Below the pieces are notes generated by a model that was not told the DNA's origin, did no database searches, and worked only from the letters and a program-made list of their open reading frames with translations. A program made the translations under genes and the position numbers. Shown in pieces: positions 59,252 through 64,000 of a DNA stretch of 64,000 nucleotides; position 1 is the stretch's first letter, and each line of letters begins with the position of its first letter. Source of the stretch: Microcaecilia unicolor (lineage: Eukaryota); assembly GCF_901765095.1 (NCBI RefSeq), contig NW_021963017.1, positions 110,253 through 174,252 of the forward strand. The letters are read 5' to 3'.

Positions 59252-59752
59252 CTGCTCTAGTTTTTGCAAAAGAGGATCATTATGAATTTCTTCTCCGGGA
59301 CTTCCTAAATCACCAGTCCTAATGTCTTCCCATTCAATTGGGGCATCTTTAAATATCATGGGTCCCTTCTTAGCCCAATGTGATGCTCTCAATGGGTTTA
59401 CTGTTTCCACTGTGTCACTTTCTTCATAAAAACAGTTAGCCTCTGAAATTTCTTCTTCATGAAGAGAGTCTTCATTTATAGAATTGCCACTGCCTGAGAT
59501 AAGAACGGATTTTATCTGGGAATTAACTGAGATGTTTCCACTTCTACACAGTGGGCTCTCGCTAATTGTTTCCAGAGCAGAAAAGGAAGGATTAAGTATA
59601 ACTCCAGCTCGCGAAGCGCTGGACATCCACTGTGTTATAAAGTTCTGTTCAATATTCAGATCTGAAGTGGTAGGCATTTTGAAAAATTTGGCTCCAGTCA
59701 GTTCTACCACATAAACGGCATGATTTGCAGCATTCCAATTGGCTTTACATGT
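59252..59752 (-). CDS. CENPJ: CENPJ first coding exon. Acceptor ...gatcagtag|ACATGT; 5'UTR 59752-59678 containing short uORFs; start ATG 59677-59675 (ttcaaaATGc); donor CTAGAGCAG|gtaaga after 59252. Encodes [32 protein letters not shown]...DPLLQKLEQ.
   Basis: Open frame from ATG to a canonical GTAAGA donor. N-terminus aligns with human [35 protein letters not shown] and the end with DPLFKKLEQ. The track ORF 59180-59710 begins at a GTG, not ATG. Confidence 0.75.
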
Positions 59753-60689
59753 CTACTGATCTTCAAAAGAGTACCTAAAGAAATAAAATACAAAAGATAG
59801 TTAGTTATTACTGAATATACCTAACATACAATTGTGTCAAAAATGTGGTATTAGCACAGAGGACAATTTCAAGGAAGTGAAGATAAAACGAGGTCTGGTA
59901 GATTCTATATTATCTACCATCTTATTCTGTGGTTTTAAGACACTTTAATATCATGATGGTATCACTCCCAACATGTCTACCACGTTTACTGCATCTCACT
60001 CTGTTAGCTTATACAATCTTATAAAGCAAGGTTCTGATTAGAAGCAGTTATCACCCACAATGAGTACAAAAATTAAATGCAACACATATCCGTACTTCAA
60101 ATTATAATTTTGCAGATTTAAACTGAAACGCAACACATTATATCTGTGCATAAAATTATAATTTTGAAGATTTAAAACAAGCTCTTGAGACTTCCAGGTG
60201 ACCTCATTGGTTGATGGTTGCCTAAGCCTAGAGCTCCTGGTGAGGAACCCCTGATCTGCAAGAATCTTGATATCGCAGCCTGATGGAGTATAAAATGAAG
60301 GCATCCTATTAATGGCATGCAGATCTGTCATTGCAGACAGAAGGATGTGGAAGGGCTATATGGAGTAATGGCTGGAACCTCTGAAGGCACAGCAGCAACA
60401 AATCTTGAGTTGGAAATCTCTTCAGAGGTGTGGCATTTAGAGTGGAAGCAAAAACTTACCAAGGGAAAACTTTGTGAGATACTTTTAGAGCTGCAGCTGG
60501 CATTTAAAAAAAGATTGGTAGCAACAGCCCAAGAGCTGACTAGCCTACTTAATTAACTGAGCTCAGATAGAGCAATGTGAGTTCCCATTTCCTCATGTGA
60601 CTCCTCGCGTTCCTCCAGCTCATGTTCTGCCAGCATATGGAGGAGGCAGAATGCAAGCTGGAGGAGCCTGAGGAATCATATCAGAAAGG

Positions 60690-62200
60690 GAGAAATGTCT
60701 TCTTACCTGATAATTTTCTTTCCTTGAATCATAGCAGATGAACCCAGAAACAAATGGGTTATGACCATTTACCAGCAGATAGAGATAGAGTACAAGTACT
60801 AAACTCTGACAGATAGGATGGTAAGCAGCTAGTCAGCCACTATTTCTCATAAAAATGCGTTACGAAAGAACATGCCAAACAAAACTTCTCCTTCCTCATA
60901 GAAAGGAGGAATAATATATGAACAGGAACTTGAAGAAACCTGAACCTGTAACAACAATCCCCAAACAGAAAAAGTGAACACCTAACCCAGAAGGTCGTTG
61001 AGGGAGGGCCTCCAGATTTATCTGCTGTGATTCAAGGAAAGAAAATTATCAGGCAAGACAAATTTCCCCTTCCTCATCATCAGCAACAGATAAACCCAGA
61101 GACAAATGGGATGTAGCAAAGCAGTCCTTATGCTGGGCAGGTGACAAACACCAGCAGAAAGTACTGATGCTCCAAAGTATATGCCTCCAAGTACTATAGT
61201 AGAACTTGATGTCGAAAACATGCAAAGATGCAAAATCCACATCACATGCCTCCCTGCTAATGAATGGAAGGAACAAAGGCTGATTAATGTGAAAAGATGA
61301 GGTGAATTTCAGCAAGGAGGACAGCACAGTTCTGGATTCAGAAAAGGTAAGGAATGGATCTCTGAAGGATAAGACCTGAATCTAAAAGATTCATCTAGCC
61401 AAAGTAACCACTACAAGCAAAACAGACTCTAAGGTTTTAAGGTCCTTGACAGTAGCTTTCTTCAAGAGCTCAAAGGGAGACTTCTAAAGGGCCCTGAGAA
61501 CCAGTTTAAGATTCCAAACAAGGGAAGGAGCACATAGAGGAGGCTTAAGAAGACTGACTCCCCCACTAAGAAAATGCACCACATCAGGGTAAGAAGACAA
61601 GGAAGAATGGGCCAGATAGCCACAATAACATTCCAAGGCAGCCACTTGAACCCTTAGAAAGTTGTAGGCCATACCCTTTTCAAAAACTTCTTGTAAAAAA
61701 AAAGCCAAAATTTGATGTAAAGATTACTGAAACGTGGAAATGGCCCTTTCCCAACAAAATGCTTGAAATACTCTCCATACCCAAGCATATGCAAAAGATG
61801 TGGAATGCTTCTTAGCCAGAAGTAAAGTAGTAATCAAATCCTCAAGATATCCTTTTCATCCTTAGTTGCGACCTGTCAAGATCCAAGCTGTAAGACCAAC
61901 TAGGGACCGCAGGTGATGACTTGGACAGCGCAGCTTGCTCCGCACTTACCAGGTCCAGATTGTGGATCTGGGAACCTGGGAATCACCCGTTAGGCTCAAT
62001 CAAGCTGTGCAGCCTCAGCCTGCACTGCTAGGAGCTAGGCCAAGCATCAGGAGCAACAGCCTGAACAACCTACCATCTGCTGGAGGTAGGGAAATACTGA
62101 AGTTTTCCAATCAGCACCAGCCCACATACCTGCAACGTCACTGGAATGGAGAAATTATGTATTACCTGATAATTTACATTCCTTTAGGCAACTACACTGT
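60690..62200 (-). mobile_element. DIRS-like family B 3' region: recombinase N-terminal segment (61484-61708: ...LLKPPLCAPSLVWNLKLVLRAL) plus an inverted/direct terminal-repeat complex (60697-60740 inverted vs 61020-61060; direct 60745-60772 vs 61093-61120).
   Basis: Shares the aaagaaaattatcaggtaa / ttacctgataattttc terminal block with 14530 and 62530. Confidence 0.4.
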
Positions 62201-62479
62201 TTTCCACAGGAGTTTTACCAGTGACCTTGCCAGTATTATCTAGTGGTGCTCCCTGGAAATATCCAGTATACATCTGCCAAAGTAGCAGAAGGTCCCTTTT
62301 TGTAACACACCCATGCCCCATCAACTACTGCAGCTACAATGATAATCAAGCAAACATAACACCACAGAGTGGCACTCACTACCCTGCATACTCAAGGATA
62401 TGGAAATATCAAGGGAACCCGTTTTGCTGTAAATTATAATATGTATAATTTTACTCTTTTTTTTTTTTGTCTGCATACC

Positions 62480-63200
62480 CAGATTCCCAGGTCCAAATCT
62501 TCTGAAGGCAGGTTGCAGAAAAGTGCAGCTAACTAAAGAAAATTATCAGGTAAGACATCATTTCTCCTTCCTTAGTGTTTAACTACACTGTTCTGCACAA
62601 GTGGGTTGTACCGAAGCAAATTTACTGGGCGCGGGAAGACAACCCATCCCCCATACATGACGGATCCAATACATAGTACTTGCCAACTGAATGGAGCGAC
62701 GATCACATTGCTGCTCTTCAAATCTCTTCAGGAGCCACTGCCCAAACCTCTGCCCAGGAAGCAGCTTGAGCCAGTGTTGAGTAGGCCTTGAGGCCCTCAG
62801 GCACAAGACGATTCTTGCAATACCCACCTTGATCCACCTTGCAAGGAGGCCTTAAAGTCTACCTGGCCCTCCCTAGGGCAATAAAAAAAGAACAAAGAGG
62901 TGATATGAAAGGTGAAAATGATCCGTCTCCTTCAGGTACTTTAACCACGTCCTCTGGACATCCAGCTTGTGGAGTCTCTGATCCACAGAACAATGGAACT
63001 TCCTGATTCACAAAGAAGAAGAAACCACCTTATTGAGAACAGAAGGAACCAGGGAAACAGAAACAGAGTCATCTGCAATAGATACAAGTCCCAAAAAGAC
63101 AGAGCCTACAGATCAGAAACATTTCAAGCCAAGATGAAGGCGACCAGAAAAACTGTCTTGAAGTGAGATCTTTAAAGGAGGCGGAGTGCAGAGGCTCAAA
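62480..63200 (-). mobile_element. Another DIRS-like family B 3' end (terminal block 62500-62590 plus ORF 62579-62827).
   Basis: 62500-62960 is collinear with 14500-15010 at roughly 75-80% identity. Confidence 0.45.
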
Positions 63201-64000
63201 TGGCAGGAAGCCCAATGCCAGACCCTGCTGTAAGAAACCCAGAATATTGGGAACCTGAGCCGACCAATGGGTCAGAGACTGTCCTGCACGCCAGGTTTCA
63301 AAAACCTTCTACACCTAAGGCAGAGATATTGAGGACTTCCAAGAGCAGAGTAATGTAGAAACCACCACTGGAAAGAAACCGTGCTTCTCTAACTTTATTA
63401 TTTAAAAACTTAATATACTGCTTTAGTTGTAGGCAACTCAAAACATTAAGAACATAAAAGTAGAACTCCATAAAATAAGGAAGCAAGTAATCAACATTCA
63501 TTCAATAAGGGGAAGAACAACCATCCACATGATAGCAATTATCTGTTCTCTGTTGCCGTGTCTTAACTCCCCCAGATAGTGCCCTGAAAGGAGCTCAACC
63601 GAAAGGACCTCCCTAAACTGGAGGCCTGGGTCAGACCATTCTGGGTTGGCCAGAAACAGCCCACTCCCCTGAGCAACCTCTAAAAGCATGGAACCACTAG
63701 GAGCTCTTAGGCAATTTTATGTAAACTGCTTTGAACAAACTTTGGTATTGTATAGGCAGTATATAAGTATTTTAATTAAAAATGAGATAAAGCAGAAAGC
63801 CTGTGATCCATTCACAGGCTCTGCCTCATTCTGTTGCAATGGCTTCCTGTTAGACTAGAAAACTATACACAGTACTGGGGACTGTGAGTGCAAACTGTGC
63901 TGCTGCCTTCATGCTTTGGATAACTGTGGATAACTGCTCTGGTGGAAGAGAGTCTGCCAAACCTAGCATGCTGCGCACCGAGTCCCACAAGTAGATGCTC

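Larger units (their letters stand above)
8312..59752 (-). other. CENPJ: Gene body (5' half) of CENPJ/CPAP. Exons at 59752-59252, 50022-49898, 35766-35625, (31610-31545?), 31075-30970, 13130-11531 and 8444-8312. Introns are filled with TEs. Further 3' exons were not found in 1-8311.
   Basis: Phase-consistent exon chain with AG/GT boundaries. Translated blocks match remembered human CENPJ ([92 protein letters not shown].DLEEN; [20 protein letters not shown]). Confidence 0.8.

Noticed and set aside
59675-59710. Track ORF start at 59710 (MVELTGAKFFK...) as the CENPJ initiation codon.
   Set aside because: The codon at 59710 is GTG. The first in-frame ATG is at 59677 (MPTTSD...), which also aligns with the human N-terminus.
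60280-60300. TATAAAA at ~60290 as a CENPJ promoter TATA box.
   Set aside because: It is on the plus strand inside DIRS-like terminal-repeat sequence and is not oriented for a minus-strand gene. No CpG island or exon 1 is visible upstream of 59752 in the window.
1-64000. A prokaryotic defence or mobile-element 'system' (operon-like gene cluster).
   Set aside because: The window has spliced exons with AG/GT boundaries, LINE/SINE/DIRS/Penelope elements, poly(A) tails and long introns. It is vertebrate nuclear DNA. The ORFs in the track are TE pseudo-ORFs or exons, not operon genes.

Overview
This window is vertebrate nuclear DNA, not a prokaryotic locus. It contains spliced exons with canonical AG/GT boundaries separated by introns of several to tens of kb, and interspersed repeats (LINEs, SINEs, Penelope, DIRS, Helitron fragment, MITEs) make up most of the sequence. 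No operon-style 'system' is present.

The one host gene I can support is CENPJ (CPAP, centromere protein J) on the minus strand. Its 5' half runs from 59752 down to 8312, and I placed 7 exons plus one weak candidate micro-exon. They include the first coding exon (ATG at 59677-59675) and the 1600-nt central exon (13130-11531). The identification is from my recollection of human CENPJ; translated exon blocks match it (quoted in the features).

Everything else is transposable-element sequence:
- CR1/L2-clade LINEs: a near-complete degraded copy at 1-3835 plus several 3' fragments.
- L1-clade LINEs: near-full-length copies at 21250-26350 (-) and 52850-56411 (+), and an L1 scaffold at 39600-49178 (+).
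- That scaffold has three nested insertions: a Helitron-like PIF1-helicase fragment, a CR1 tail, and a near-complete DIRS-like tyrosine-recombinase retrotransposon.
- A Penelope-like element with RT and GIY-YIG ORFs.
- At least two DIRS-like families. One copy is split by an unclassified ~3.3-kb element with ~400-bp terminal inverted repeats.
- MIR/CORE-type SINEs, a palindromic ~200-bp MITE family in five copies, a minisatellite, and many long C/G homopolymers.

The most notable observations are an apparent 1-bp frameshift in CENPJ exon 3, the nested-TE architecture with intact-looking DIRS and Penelope ORFs, the Helitron 3' terminus (hairpin plus CTAG) at an A|T site inside L1, and the unclassified TIR element. 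The species cannot be determined; the TE mix fits a large non-mammalian tetrapod genome such as an amphibian, which is inference only.
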